Positions 29,381 to 39,150 of a stretch of DNA of 64,000 nt are shown piece after piece. The DNA is taken from positions 1 through 64,000 of the forward strand of contig CAZPLF010000006.1 in assembly GCA_964587475.1 (NCBI GenBank). Reading direction: 5' to 3'. The notes beneath the pieces were generated by a model, which searched no databases, had not been told where the DNA came from, and was given only the letters and a program-made list of their open reading frames with translations. Origin of the DNA: an uncultured Mariniplasma sp. GTDB taxonomy: Bacteria > Bacillota_I > Bacilli_A > Acholeplasmatales > Acholeplasmataceae. The translations under genes were made by a program, and so were the position numbers. Within the stretch, counting starts at the first letter, position 1. Each line of letters begins with the position of its first letter.

Positions 29381-29847
29381 TTTCAATGATCTGGGCAATG
29401 GATGAAAATTGGTTAATTGGCAAAGATAATTTATTGCCTTGGCACTATCCCAAGGATTTAGCATATTTCAAAAATCACACCAAAAATAAAACTGTGTTAA
29501 TGGGTGATATGACTTATCAATCACTAAAAACTTATTATGTAACTAAACCTTTACCATTTAAAAAAGTTTTTGTTGCAAATATAGAAGATCAAAATTACCC
29601 TGATGCACATCATGTGAAGGATTTGTTTCATTTTCTTGAAACAACAAAAGAAGATATCATGATTATTGGCGGTCGAACTATCTATCAGCTATCTTTACCT
29701 TATGCTAAAAGACTTTATATAACATATGTGCTAAAAGCACACAAAGGGAATGTCTATTTCCCTAAATTAGATTTGAATGACTTTCAATTGATTGAAAAAA
29801 CACTTGAAGATGGATTAATCTTTGCTGTCTATGAAAGGATATCATAA
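29377..29847 (+). CDS. folA: Dihydrofolate reductase
   Basis: [23 protein letters not shown]. Start overlaps the thyA stop. Confidence 0.88.
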   Translation: MISMIWAMDENWLIGKDNLLPWHYPKDLAYFKNHTKNKTVLMGDMTYQSLKTYYVTKPLPFKKVFVANIEDQNYPDAHHVKDLFHFLETTKEDIMIIGGRTIYQLSLPYAKRLYITYVLKAHKGNVYFPKLDLNDFQLIEKTLEDGLIFAVYERIS

Positions 29848-30635
29848 TGGTTTCAGCATTCTTCCTTTTAGTATGGTTTACAAGCACATATTTTTTAACT
29901 ATATGGGTCGGTAATTACTATCTGATTCCTGTTTGGTTAATTTTAGCCTATTTTATAGGTCTTTTAAGTATTGTTTTCTTTCTTTTTGTTAATTTACCCA
30001 TCATGAAATACACTAAAGTAACAAACAAATATAAAATCTATGCAACGAGAAGTATCGCAATATTTATGAATCATTTTGTTATGAGATTAAAACTAACCAT
30101 AGAAGGACTCGAAAATGTTCCTAAGGATGGTAAATTAACGATTTATGCTAATCATAAGTCTTACGCTGATCCCTTTATTATTATGGAAGCCATCAAATTT
30201 CCTTTAACAGTTACGCCAAAGATGGGTGTATACAAACTACCTTTGATTGGTTTATGGTTAAAATATTTAGGTGCATTTCCAATTGATAGGTCCAGTGATA
30301 GAAATACAGCTAGAGCCATGGTTGATGCCATCAGAGTCGTCAAAGATGGTATGGGTATGCTGATATTTCCTGAGGGAGGTATCAAAGATCGTTATGCTGA
30401 AAAAATGGTTGCAATGCGTGCTGGTGCCTATCGTGTGGCAATGAAGGCTGGTGCAGATATGCTACCTATCAGTTTACAAAACACAACCAATATTAAATAT
30501 CGTGCACCATTTAGATCCACACATGTTAAGGTGATCATTCATCCACTCATTCGTTTTGAGGATGTTAAACAGCTAGCGACATCAGTCATTGCAGATCAGT
30601 TATTTCACATTATTAATGATCATTTGATTGATTGA
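29847..30635 (+). CDS. plsC: 1-acyl-sn-glycerol-3-phosphate acyltransferase (PlsC family)
   Basis: NHKSYADP (HX4D) and FPEGG motifs. N-terminal TM segments. Confidence 0.8.
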   Translation: MVSAFFLLVWFTSTYFLTIWVGNYYLIPVWLILAYFIGLLSIVFFLFVNLPIMKYTKVTNKYKIYATRSIAIFMNHFVMRLKLTIEGLENVPKDGKLTIYANHKSYADPFIIMEAIKFPLTVTPKMGVYKLPLIGLWLKYLGAFPIDRSSDRNTARAMVDAIRVVKDGMGMLIFPEGGIKDRYAEKMVAMRAGAYRVAMKAGADMLPISLQNTTNIKYRAPFRSTHVKVIIHPLIRFEDVKQLATSVIADQLFHIINDHLID

Positions 30636-30661
30636 GAATTAACAAAACATTGTTTTTTTAA

Positions 30662-30695
30662 AGCCAGATCCAATAAGGTTTGGCTTTTTTTATGA
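30662..30695 (+). terminator. Rho-independent terminator
   Basis: AAGCCAGA...UUUGGCUU hairpin followed by a U-run. Confidence 0.6.
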
Positions 30696-30857
30696 AATAA
30701 TAGGCAATTTAGTATAGTAAAACAATGAAATAATAAAAAAGAGGCTCTAATATCCCATCTATCATGTATAATATAATAAAATCAAATGAATTTTACAGCT
30801 TTGCCATCCTCCATATCTCTTCCAAAATCTAAGCATCATTTTGAAAGGACATGAACC

Positions 30858-32165
30858 ATGACTCATAAACTGCAAAAAATCATTAATAAATATGGTGTTA
30901 TAGTCGTATTTGTACTTGCTTTTACCTTTGCACTAACACTTGAACCTTTAGCTGATATCCTATCTAATTATAGGCGGATTTTAACGAGTTCATCGGTTTT
31001 ATTATCAGATTATCTATATATTGGTGGCTTATCAGCAACTTTGATCAATGTTCTTTTAACAACGGGTTTAAATCTTCTCATCATCAAAGCACTTAAGGTA
31101 AAAATGGACGGATCCATTTTTGCATGTATGCTTACTATCGCTGGTTTTGCATTTTTTGGTAAAAACCTTTATAATGCGTTACCTCTATATTTTGGTATTT
31201 TTCTTTATTGTAAAATTACCAAAGCACAATGCAAAGATCATATAACGGTCTTTTTATTATCTTCAGGGATATCACCAATCACTAGTTTTCTAATTTTTGG
31301 TGCAGGATTTTCCCTTGTATATGGTATCATTTTAGGAGTTATTGTTGGAATTATTATTGGTTTAATTCTACCTGCATTCAACGAGTATTCAATGAAATTC
31401 CATCAAGGCTATAATTTATATAATACAGGTTTTTCAATGGGTGTGATTTCTATGATCTTAACAGGTATTTTAGGATCTTTTGGTGTTCAGATTATTAGAA
31501 ACTCCGAGCTGAATAATAGTTATCACACACAACTGTTCATCACAATTATCGTTATTTCTATATTGTTCATATTATTTGCTTTCTTTGAGAATAAAAATGT
31601 ATTAAGAAAATATCCATCCATTTTCAAATCTTCAGGTAGATTAGTTACTGACTTTTCAATATCTTTAGGTAAAGATGTTGCTCTACTAAACATTGGGTTT
31701 ATGGGTTTAATCATTTCAACTTTGATCTATTTCATGGGCATACAAATTAATGGACCAGTCATGGGAGCCATATTAACAGTTATAGGGTTTTCAGCACTTG
31801 GTAAACATCCATTAAATACAATACCGGTAATTATTGGAGCTATTCTTGCAATTGAACTGACGCCACTTGAATGGACGATCGGATCATCTTTATCAATTAT
31901 ATTTGTTACAGGTCTTGCTCCACTGGCTGGTCAGTTTGGAATTGTAGCTGGTATGATTGCAGGATTCATTCATGTAATGATTACACCTCTTGCACTCAAT
32001 TTTCAAGGGGGATTTGACCTTTATAACAATGGATTTGCTGCTGGATTTGTTTGTGCGCTATTAGCACCAATCTATAGTATTATTTTTAAAAAAAGAGATG
32101 ATACAAAGAAATGGAATTTAATATTACCGTTAAATATAAAAAAAAAGGCTAACGCCCTTGACTAA
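30858..32165 (+). CDS. Polytopic membrane protein (DUF1576-like)
   Basis: 435 aa with at least 10 TM segments and no catalytic motif. Confidence 0.5.
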   Translation: MTHKLQKIINKYGVIVVFVLAFTFALTLEPLADILSNYRRILTSSSVLLSDYLYIGGLSATLINVLLTTGLNLLIIKALKVKMDGSIFACMLTIAGFAFFGKNLYNALPLYFGIFLYCKITKAQCKDHITVFLLSSGISPITSFLIFGAGFSLVYGIILGVIVGIIIGLILPAFNEYSMKFHQGYNLYNTGFSMGVISMILTGILGSFGVQIIRNSELNNSYHTQLFITIIVISILFILFAFFENKNVLRKYPSIFKSSGRLVTDFSISLGKDVALLNIGFMGLIISTLIYFMGIQINGPVMGAILTVIGFSALGKHPLNTIPVIIGAILAIELTPLEWTIGSSLSIIFVTGLAPLAGQFGIVAGMIAGFIHVMITPLALNFQGGFDLYNNGFAAGFVCALLAPIYSIIFKKRDDTKKWNLILPLNIKKKANALD

Positions 32166-32719
32166 ATGATAGTGATTTGATTGTTCTCGATTGAAAAACA
32201 GATAACATCAGCATTATTAACAGAATCTATAAAACTATATCTCAAAGGATCAACGTAGACTCTAAGTGCTTTAATGACATGGGAGTGAGTGACCAATAAT
32301 ACATTTTTTTTAGTAGATTCATTAGCAAATGTAAGTGTTGCTTTAACTACTCTATTGATTAACAAGCGATCATTTTCATAGCCCTCAAAAGTGTAATCTT
32401 TTTGTCTAACTAACGGCATTGCATCACCAACTGGAAGTTCATCCAAATGAAAAAAATCACGCTCAACAAACTGATGATCAACTCGAATGGGTTGGTCATA
32501 TTTTATTTTTTTGGCGATAATAAATGCGGTTTCCAAAGCTCTTGATAAAGGCGAAGTTAAAATCTGATCAAATTGTTTTTTCTGACTTAAAAATACGTTT
32601 GCAAGCTCTATAGATTGTTTTCTTCCTATTTCATTTAGTGGAATATTAACTCGACCTTGTACGATACCATTGATATTATAGTCTGTTTGTCCGTGTCTAA
32701 CCATTGATATTATCATCAT
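32162..32719 (-). CDS. Histidine phosphatase family protein (phosphoglycerate-mutase-like)
   Basis: MVRHGQTDYN catalytic RHG motif. Start set at the internal MMIIS with RBS GAAAAGAGGG. The ORF-track 5' extension looks spurious. Confidence 0.75.
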   Translation of the reverse strand: MMIISMVRHGQTDYNINGIVQGRVNIPLNEIGRKQSIELANVFLSQKKQFDQILTSPLSRALETAFIIAKKIKYDQPIRVDHQFVERDFFHLDELPVGDAMPLVRQKDYTFEGYENDRLLINRVVKATLTFANESTKKNVLLVTHSHVIKALRVYVDPLRYSFIDSVNNADVICFSIENNQITII

Positions 32720-32795
32720 ATCCCTCTTTTCACCTTTCTCATTATAACATAATGAGCTATAAATATGATAAAATAATAACAAGGAGGCGAGAACG

Positions 32796-34091
32796 ATGCA
32801 TATTGTAGACTTAATCACCAAAAAGAGAGATGGCAAAGCTTTAAGTAAAAACGAAATAGAATTTATCATCAAAGGATATACAAATGGTAAAATTCCTGAT
32901 TATCAAATCAGTGCTTTATTAATGGCTATTTATTTTCAAAATATGAATGATGAGGAATCAACATATCTAGCATTAGCGATGAGAGATTCAGGTGATTCCA
33001 TTGATTTATCAGAAATTCCAGGAATCAAAGTTGACAAACATTCAACAGGTGGTGTTGGTGACAAGGTGACACTTGTTTTAGGACCACTATTAGCATGTTT
33101 AGGCGTGAAATTCGCTAAAATGAGCGGCAGAGGTCTTGGCCATACTGGCGGTACCATTGATAAACTTGAAAGCATACCAGGATTTAAGGTTGTTTTGCCA
33201 GTTGAAGTATTCATTCAACAGGTTAAAGATATAGGTATTGCTATTGTAGGACAAAGTGGAGATGTTGCACCTTCTGATAAGAAGCTTTACGCACTAAGAG
33301 ATGTTACGGCAACCGTAGATACAATTCCACTCATTGCTTCAAGTATTATGTCAAAGAAACTTGCAAGTGGTGCTGATGCCATTGTTTTAGATGTTAAAGT
33401 TGGGCATGGTGCCTTCATGAAAACAGAGGAAGAAGCAGTTAAATTAGCAAAACTTATGGTTAGCATCGGAAAACTTGCAGGCAAAAAAGTAACAGCGATT
33501 CTAACAGGAATGGATGAACCTCTAGGACATAAGATTGGTAATGCTCTAGAAGTTTATGAAGCCATTGAAACTTTGAATGGCCAAGGTCCTAAAGATCTAG
33601 TTGCTGTTACAGTTGAAATTGGTGCACATCTTCTACTAGATGCTCAGATTGAAACAGATTTTGAGATCGCTAAGATTAGATTACAAGAGGCACTTCAAAA
33701 TGGAACTGCTTATCAGAAGTTTCTTGAACTTGTAGAAGCTCAAGGAGGAGACGTTAATAGCCTTCTTGAACCAAGTTTGCTATTGTCTAAGGATACTGTA
33801 GAGGTTTTATCTGAAAAAGAAGGATTTATTATGGATATTAACGCTATGGATATCGGTAAGGCTGCAATGAGATTGGGTGCTGGAAGAGAAACCAAAGAAG
33901 ATGAAGTCTATCTTGACGTTGGCCTTGATTTGCATAAAAAGATAGGCTCATACGTTAAAAAAGGTGAATCTATTGCTACGCTATATGTTAGAGAAAAAGG
34001 TGTTAAAGAGGCTAAACAACTCATTCTAGATGCGATAACTATAGGCAAAGAACACAAGAAAATTGTTTTGATAAAACAAACCATTAAATAA
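32796..34091 (+). CDS. pdp: Pyrimidine-nucleoside (thymidine) phosphorylase
   Basis: Glycosyl-transferase family 3 motif KHSTGGVGDK. 431 aa. Confidence 0.9.
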   Translation: MHIVDLITKKRDGKALSKNEIEFIIKGYTNGKIPDYQISALLMAIYFQNMNDEESTYLALAMRDSGDSIDLSEIPGIKVDKHSTGGVGDKVTLVLGPLLACLGVKFAKMSGRGLGHTGGTIDKLESIPGFKVVLPVEVFIQQVKDIGIAIVGQSGDVAPSDKKLYALRDVTATVDTIPLIASSIMSKKLASGADAIVLDVKVGHGAFMKTEEEAVKLAKLMVSIGKLAGKKVTAILTGMDEPLGHKIGNALEVYEAIETLNGQGPKDLVAVTVEIGAHLLLDAQIETDFEIAKIRLQEALQNGTAYQKFLELVEAQGGDVNSLLEPSLLLSKDTVEVLSEKEGFIMDINAMDIGKAAMRLGAGRETKEDEVYLDVGLDLHKKIGSYVKKGESIATLYVREKGVKEAKQLILDAITIGKEHKKIVLIKQTIK

Positions 34092-34101
34092 GGGTGAAAA
34101 G

Positions 34102-35220
34102 ATGATCATGCATCCTGATTATGACAATTCGATATTGAATGTGACTGCAACCATTCTTAAAAATTACCATGCACCATCGATTTATTCTTCAATTCAAGAA
34201 TTAGATGAGGCCTTGGATAATCATCCAAAGCACCTGATTCTTGTCTTACTTGATGGCATGGGTATAAATATCATCAATCGCTATTTGCAACCTGATGATT
34301 TTTTAAGAAAGCAAGTCAAAAAGACAATTACTTCAGTGTTTCCACCAACGACTGTTGCGGCAACCAATGCTGTCTTGTCAGGATTACCACCCTATAGTAG
34401 TGGTTATTTGGGATGGGTTCAATACTTTAAGAAAGAGAAAACAAATCAAATTGTTTTTCTAAATCAAGATTTCTATGATTTGTCTAGAAAATTTGACGAT
34501 ATTCTTAGAGATAAATACTTGAGATATCCGACACTCTATGAGCAAATTCAAATGCATAGTCCTAAAGTAAAAACCTATGAATTATTCCCTAGTTTCAGGC
34601 TAAATGGATTTGAAACCTTTGAGAAACAAGTTGATTATGCTATAGAACTGACCCATAAAGATGAAGAAAATTTCAGTTATATTTATTGGACACAACCCGA
34701 CTTCATACAACATGATTTTGGAACAGAATCCGAACATACTGAAAAAATACTGAAATCTTTAAATGTACAGGCAGAAAGATTATCAAAAGAAGTGGGTCAA
34801 GATACAATCATTACGATTATTGCTGATCATGGTTTGACAAATGTTATCGGCATCGATTTATTTGATGATCAAGAAATTATGAGTTTGTTAAGAAGAAAGC
34901 CGTCTATAGAACCTAGAGCAACAAACTTCTTCATCAAAACGTTCATGAAAAAGAAGTTTAAAAATGTATTTAATGAAAAATATGGACATGAGTTCATACT
35001 TCATACAAAAAAAGAACTCTATGCATCAGGTCTACTGGGATATGGAGTCAAACATCCATTACTTGATGATTTTATTGGTGATTATGTTGCAATATCTATA
35101 GGTAATAAAATGTTTAATTTTAAAGAGCATTCTGCATTTCTTGGGCATCATGCTGGTTTGACAAAAGAAGAGATGGAAGTACCACTTATTATCTTTTATA
35201 AAGATAAAGACAACCAATAA
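34102..35220 (+). CDS. Alkaline-phosphatase-superfamily metalloenzyme (type I phosphodiesterase/NPP or phosphomutase family)
   Basis: LVLLDGMG followed by TSVFPPTTVAATNAVLSGLPP, which has a nucleophile Thr in an NPP-like motif. ADHG near the C-terminus. Confidence 0.6.
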   Translation: MIMHPDYDNSILNVTATILKNYHAPSIYSSIQELDEALDNHPKHLILVLLDGMGINIINRYLQPDDFLRKQVKKTITSVFPPTTVAATNAVLSGLPPYSSGYLGWVQYFKKEKTNQIVFLNQDFYDLSRKFDDILRDKYLRYPTLYEQIQMHSPKVKTYELFPSFRLNGFETFEKQVDYAIELTHKDEENFSYIYWTQPDFIQHDFGTESEHTEKILKSLNVQAERLSKEVGQDTIITIIADHGLTNVIGIDLFDDQEIMSLLRRKPSIEPRATNFFIKTFMKKKFKNVFNEKYGHEFILHTKKELYASGLLGYGVKHPLLDDFIGDYVAISIGNKMFNFKEHSAFLGHHAGLTKEEMEVPLIIFYKDKDNQ

Positions 35221-35270
35221 AGTTGTCTTTTTTTTAAAGAAAAAGGCTTAGATTGAACTAAGCCTTTATT
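35202..35270. terminator. Two adjacent hairpins forming a bidirectional terminator region
   Basis: AAGACAAC...GUUGUCUU followed by Us. AGGCUUAG...CUAAGCCU serves the convergent minus-strand gene. Confidence 0.6.
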
Positions 35271-35272
35271 TA

Positions 35273-36217
35273 CTATTTAACTGGTTTTGAATCTTTTGCA
35301 AATTCTGCAGCCATTAAAACTGTTGATGCTATGTCAGTAATGTTTGTAGGAACAACAATCTTCGTAGCTTGACCATTTGCAACTGCAACAAGTGCTTCAA
35401 GTGATTTCAATGTTAACACGGATTGATCAGCACCCGCATCTTTAATCAATTTAATACCAAGTGCTTCAGCTTCTTTAATCTTAAATATTGCAGAAGCTTC
35501 CCCTTCGGCTTGAAGAATCTTTTGTTGTTTGTTTGCTTCAGCTCTTAATAGAACAGCTTCAGCTTCACCTTCAGCCTCAAGAATCTTAGAACGTTTTTCC
35601 CCTTCAGCAATCAAAATGGTTTGACGTTTTTCACGTTCGGCACGCATTTGTTTTTCCATGGAATCGCGGATATCTTTTGGTGGAACGATGTTTTTAACTT
35701 CAACACGATTGACTTTAATGCCCCATGGATCAGTTGCTTCATCTAAAATAACTCTCATCTTAGTATTGATTAAATCTCTAGATGTAAGTGTTTGATCTAA
35801 ATCTAAATCACCAATAATATTACGCAATGTAGTTGCTGAAATGTTTTCAATAGCCATCATTGGATTTTCTGTACCATAAGTGTAAGCTTTTGGATCTGTG
35901 ATTGCAAAGAAGACAACAGTATCGATTTGCATTGTCACATTATCTCTTGTAATAACTGGTTGAGGATCGAAATCTTTAACTTGTTCTTTTAGAGATACAG
36001 TTTTCACTTGACGATCTAAAATTGGTACTAAGAAATGGACACCAACGCCCCAAGTCTTATAATAACCACCAAGACGTTCAACAATAACTTTTTTGGTCTG
36101 TGTGACCAATCTGAAACTAGCTGCAAGGATTATGAGCAGAATAGCACCAATGATAATCAGTACAATTCCCACAGTTCCTAATGCAATAGGTGCAAGTAAA
36201 TTACTTAAAAAATTCAT
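35273..36217 (-). CDS. SPFH/band-7 (stomatin/flotillin-like) membrane protein
   Basis: N-terminal TM, SPFH domain, then a coiled-coil AEGEKRSKILEAEGEAEA repeat region. Confidence 0.85.
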   Translation of the reverse strand: MNFLSNLLAPIALGTVGIVLIIIGAILLIILAASFRLVTQTKKVIVERLGGYYKTWGVGVHFLVPILDRQVKTVSLKEQVKDFDPQPVITRDNVTMQIDTVVFFAITDPKAYTYGTENPMMAIENISATTLRNIIGDLDLDQTLTSRDLINTKMRVILDEATDPWGIKVNRVEVKNIVPPKDIRDSMEKQMRAEREKRQTILIAEGEKRSKILEAEGEAEAVLLRAEANKQQKILQAEGEASAIFKIKEAEALGIKLIKDAGADQSVLTLKSLEALVAVANGQATKIVVPTNITDIASTVLMAAEFAKDSKPVK

Positions 36218-36235
36218 TTTTATTCCTCTTTTCTT

Positions 36236-36661
36236 TTATTGTATTTTTTCTACAATCAATTTTGCGCCTTCAACATCTAAGACACGAACATTTTCGCCAA
36301 CTTGAATCACTTCATTTGAAATAGCTGACCAATCTTGATTTCTAACTTTGACACGACCAATTGAATCAATTTCAATCAATTGGATACAAACACCACTTGC
36401 GCCAATATATAAATCGACGTTGGTCTTAATTTCATTAGTTTTGAAGTATTTCATTGCTAATGGTCTTGTTAGAGCAAGTAGTAATATTGTAACGATAGCA
36501 AATAATACGACTTGGATGACAATGTATACATTTAACAAAGCTAAAATGAAACTAGGAATTGCAGCTAATGCAAACCATACACTTACCATGTCAGCAGTAG
36601 CAAATTCGACCATTAAAGCAACAACGAAAATACCTAACCACAACCATAACATCCATTCCAT
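36236..36661 (-). CDS. NfeD-family membrane protein (short form, stomatin operon partner)
   Basis: Two or three TM segments followed by a C-terminal OB-fold beta domain. 141 aa. Confidence 0.7.
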   Translation of the reverse strand: MEWMLWLWLGIFVVALMVEFATADMVSVWFALAAIPSFILALLNVYIVIQVVLFAIVTILLLALTRPLAMKYFKTNEIKTNVDLYIGASGVCIQLIEIDSIGRVKVRNQDWSAISNEVIQVGENVRVLDVEGAKLIVEKIQ

Positions 36662-36663
36662 AA

Positions 36664-37047
36664 TTACAATTCCTCCTTCATATCAACAATTAAAAGTTGA
36701 TCTTTACTATTCCAATTTGCCTTGTATTTATGAGTTTCGAATTCAAGATTCAGATTGGCTAAATCACTAACTTCTTGCATGAATGCCTTATTGGTGACAC
36801 GACTATATGATGAGCGAACAGTAATCCGATATTTTTGATTTTCCGGAATATCGTGACGAATTGCATCTGTTTTATTGAGTGGTTTCACCACAATAAATTT
36901 TTTCGCTTTATCAAAACCTAGCATGACACTATATGCATTCTCAAAATAGGTTGTTGCTGGCTTATTTAGTGTTAAATTTCCAGCAGCTAATGTAACGATA
37001 CAGTCTTTTGGCTTTTCATTAAACCAAGTTATTTCCATTGCAATCAC
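36664..37047 (-). CDS. Hypothetical protein in the SPFH cluster
   Basis: 127 aa with no recognisable motif. Translationally coupled to nfeD. Confidence 0.45.
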   Translation of the reverse strand: MIAMEITWFNEKPKDCIVTLAAGNLTLNKPATTYFENAYSVMLGFDKAKKFIVVKPLNKTDAIRHDIPENQKYRITVRSSYSRVTNKAFMQEVSDLANLNLEFETHKYKANWNSKDQLLIVDMKEEL

Positions 37048-37115
37048 TCCTTACACTTACTATTATACACCAAATTATTTAAATTGCAAGAAGTATTACT
37101 AAAAATTATTTTATG

Positions 37116-37577
37116 TTATTTAAGACACAATTCAATGATTTCTACACCAAGATTATCTGCATATTCACGAATTAGGTGTTCTTCCTCTTTAGTAAATGAG
37201 TTTGAAATTTCAGTGTGATCTCTGATATATTCTTTTATGGTTTGAATTGAATCAAGAGCAGCATAAACGAAAAGTTTGATATTGATAACGCGATATTTAA
37301 TATAGACTTTGTATTCAGTAGTCTCATCAGTTATTTTAATTGTGAACGTTTTTTCTTGGATATCTAGCGGAACAATTTCTACAACGCGATCTAAGAGTGG
37401 AATTGTTATGTATATACCAGGATGATCAACGATTTTTAAAAATCGCCCCAATCTTTCAACAACTAAAGCTTTGTTAACTTGAACCAGTTTTATATTTGGA
37501 ACCATGAGTAGCATGATTAAAAATGCAATGACTAATAGACCTTTAACAATATCTGGCATCATATACCCTCTTTTCAA
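37116..37577 (-). CDS. Short SPFH-domain paralog
   Basis: N-terminal TM followed by an SPFH-like VVERLGRF and IPLLDRV core. 153 aa. Confidence 0.6.
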   Translation of the reverse strand: MKRGYMMPDIVKGLLVIAFLIMLLMVPNIKLVQVNKALVVERLGRFLKIVDHPGIYITIPLLDRVVEIVPLDIQEKTFTIKITDETTEYKVYIKYRVINIKLFVYAALDSIQTIKEYIRDHTEISNSFTKEEEHLIREYADNLGVEIIELCLK

Positions 37578-37625
37578 TAGAGTTTGAATCTTGTGTATTT
37601 TATATATTCATGATATGATATGAAT

Positions 37626-37716
37626 GATCACTACGGGGAGCTTAAATGCTGAGAGGACGAAAGTCGACCCGCGAACCTGATCTGGATCATACCAGCGGAG
37701 GGATAGTCGACATAAT
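37626..37716 (+). ncRNA. TPP (THI-box) riboswitch
   Basis: ACGGGGAGC...GCUGAGAGG...ACCCGCGAACCUGAUCUGGAUCAUACCAGCGGAGGGA matches the THI-element consensus (CUGAGA, ACCUGAUCUGGAUAAUGCCAGCG). Confidence 0.9.
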
Positions 37717-37785
37717 TAATTGTCATTTACTATCAATTTCTTGGTTCATCCATAGAAATTTTTTATTTTCTAAGGAGAAAAAGAA

Positions 37786-38478
37786 ATGAAATTGAAGAAA
37801 GAAACGCTTAGAATGCTAATCGCTGTTAATTTATTAGCAGTAGCAATTGTTTTGGATGTCTTAACAAATGCTATACCCGGGTTAAACTTGAGTATGCCAT
37901 TTGGAGGCAAGTTTTTTGGGATTTCAATGTTGCCTTTGATTTTAATAGGTTTACTCATTGGTTTCAAATATGGATTGATTTCAACACTCATTTTTGCAGT
38001 GTATAATTTTGGAATTGATTATATCATTTATCTAGAAACATTAAGAATCACTTTAGAAACTTGGACAGGTATATCTTGGACGATTTGGATGATAGGATTA
38101 TTGGTATTACTTGATTATGTGATTCCATTTATGTCATTTGGATTATCAGGTTTCTTTAGAGATGGACTTAAAAAAAGGAAAATATTTGTTATTGCTGTTA
38201 TTTCAGTTAGTTTGATCAGACTCATATCAAGCACACTCAGTGGTGTCATCTTATGGGGTAGTAGTATTGAATATGCAGCTTCACAAGTTGCATCTGGCGA
38301 TGAAGCACAAAATCTTGCAACTCGCATCTTCTCAGTTGTTGGAGAAAACTTGTGGTTGTATAGTTTTGGATATAACTTCATTTATATATTTACAACAGGA
38401 TCAACTGTCATTGTCATCGGATTATTAATTTTTAAGAGACTCCAAGTTTTAGCTCAAAATTTATTGGAAAGAAATTGA
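37786..38478 (+). CDS. thiT: ThiT/YuaJ-like thiamine transporter (ECF S-component-like)
   Basis: 230 aa six-TM protein immediately downstream of the TPP riboswitch. Confidence 0.65.
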   Translation: MKLKKETLRMLIAVNLLAVAIVLDVLTNAIPGLNLSMPFGGKFFGISMLPLILIGLLIGFKYGLISTLIFAVYNFGIDYIIYLETLRITLETWTGISWTIWMIGLLVLLDYVIPFMSFGLSGFFRDGLKKRKIFVIAVISVSLIRLISSTLSGVILWGSSIEYAASQVASGDEAQNLATRIFSVVGENLWLYSFGYNFIYIFTTGSTVIVIGLLIFKRLQVLAQNLLERN

Positions 38479-39038
38479 TCAATGACTTTGATGTAATCAA
38501 GTCTTGGTTGAAAACCAAATGGGATTAGAAAAGCTTTTTCAAGAAATGTGGAATAAGGGATGGATTTACGTCCTTTTTCTTTATCATATTGAATATCCCA
38601 TAAAGAGAATAGAACCTCAGCAGGAAGATAAAAATACTGATTATATTTCTTGAAATGCACAATTAAAAAAGCGATACCACCTTGTTTATGAACATTTCTC
38701 AAATGATCTATTTGATGTTCATGGATATTTTTTAAAGGCATCGAGGTTGTTGAATTGGTCTCTTTTGCATCAAAATCGATATACTTACCGTTATAAACAC
38801 CATTAAAGTCTGTTGTTGATGGGGTTTTATAATAGGCTTCAGTAATCTTGGCTTTGTTTCTCGCTGGATAACTGACATTGACCACTTGAATTGGTGTTGG
38901 TTTTTTATGAATAACAGCAATACCTATGTTTAAATAATAGGCATTTGTTGTCTCAATATCTGATTCAAGAGTCATACCAAGGTTTGCATAACTTGTTGTT
39001 TTTACTTGTGATTTACGTTTTATCGGATAATTTATCAT
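38454..39038 (-). CDS. recU: Holliday-junction resolvase RecU
   Basis: Strong similarity to B. subtilis RecU throughout: NLGMTLE, IAVIHKKPTPIQVVNV, STTDFNGVYNGKYIDFDAKET. Confidence 0.9.
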   Translation of the reverse strand: MINYPIKRKSQVKTTSYANLGMTLESDIETTNAYYLNIGIAVIHKKPTPIQVVNVSYPARNKAKITEAYYKTPSTTDFNGVYNGKYIDFDAKETNSTTSMPLKNIHEHQIDHLRNVHKQGGIAFLIVHFKKYNQYFYLPAEVLFSLWDIQYDKEKGRKSIPYSTFLEKAFLIPFGFQPRLDYIKVIDQFLSNKF

Positions 39039-39150
39039 ACATTATTCTCCTATTAACATGATAACATAGATCTAAAACAAAATCATTGTTATATTCTAAA
39101 AACATGGTATAATATCAGTAGTAAAAAACGTTGCTATAGGAAGTGATAGT

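Noticed and set aside
32720-32872. A 51-aa N-terminal extension of the histidine phosphatase ORF
   Set aside because: The extension is a hydrophobic, low-complexity read-through. A strong RBS precedes the internal MMIIS start, which is where homologs begin at the RHG motif.
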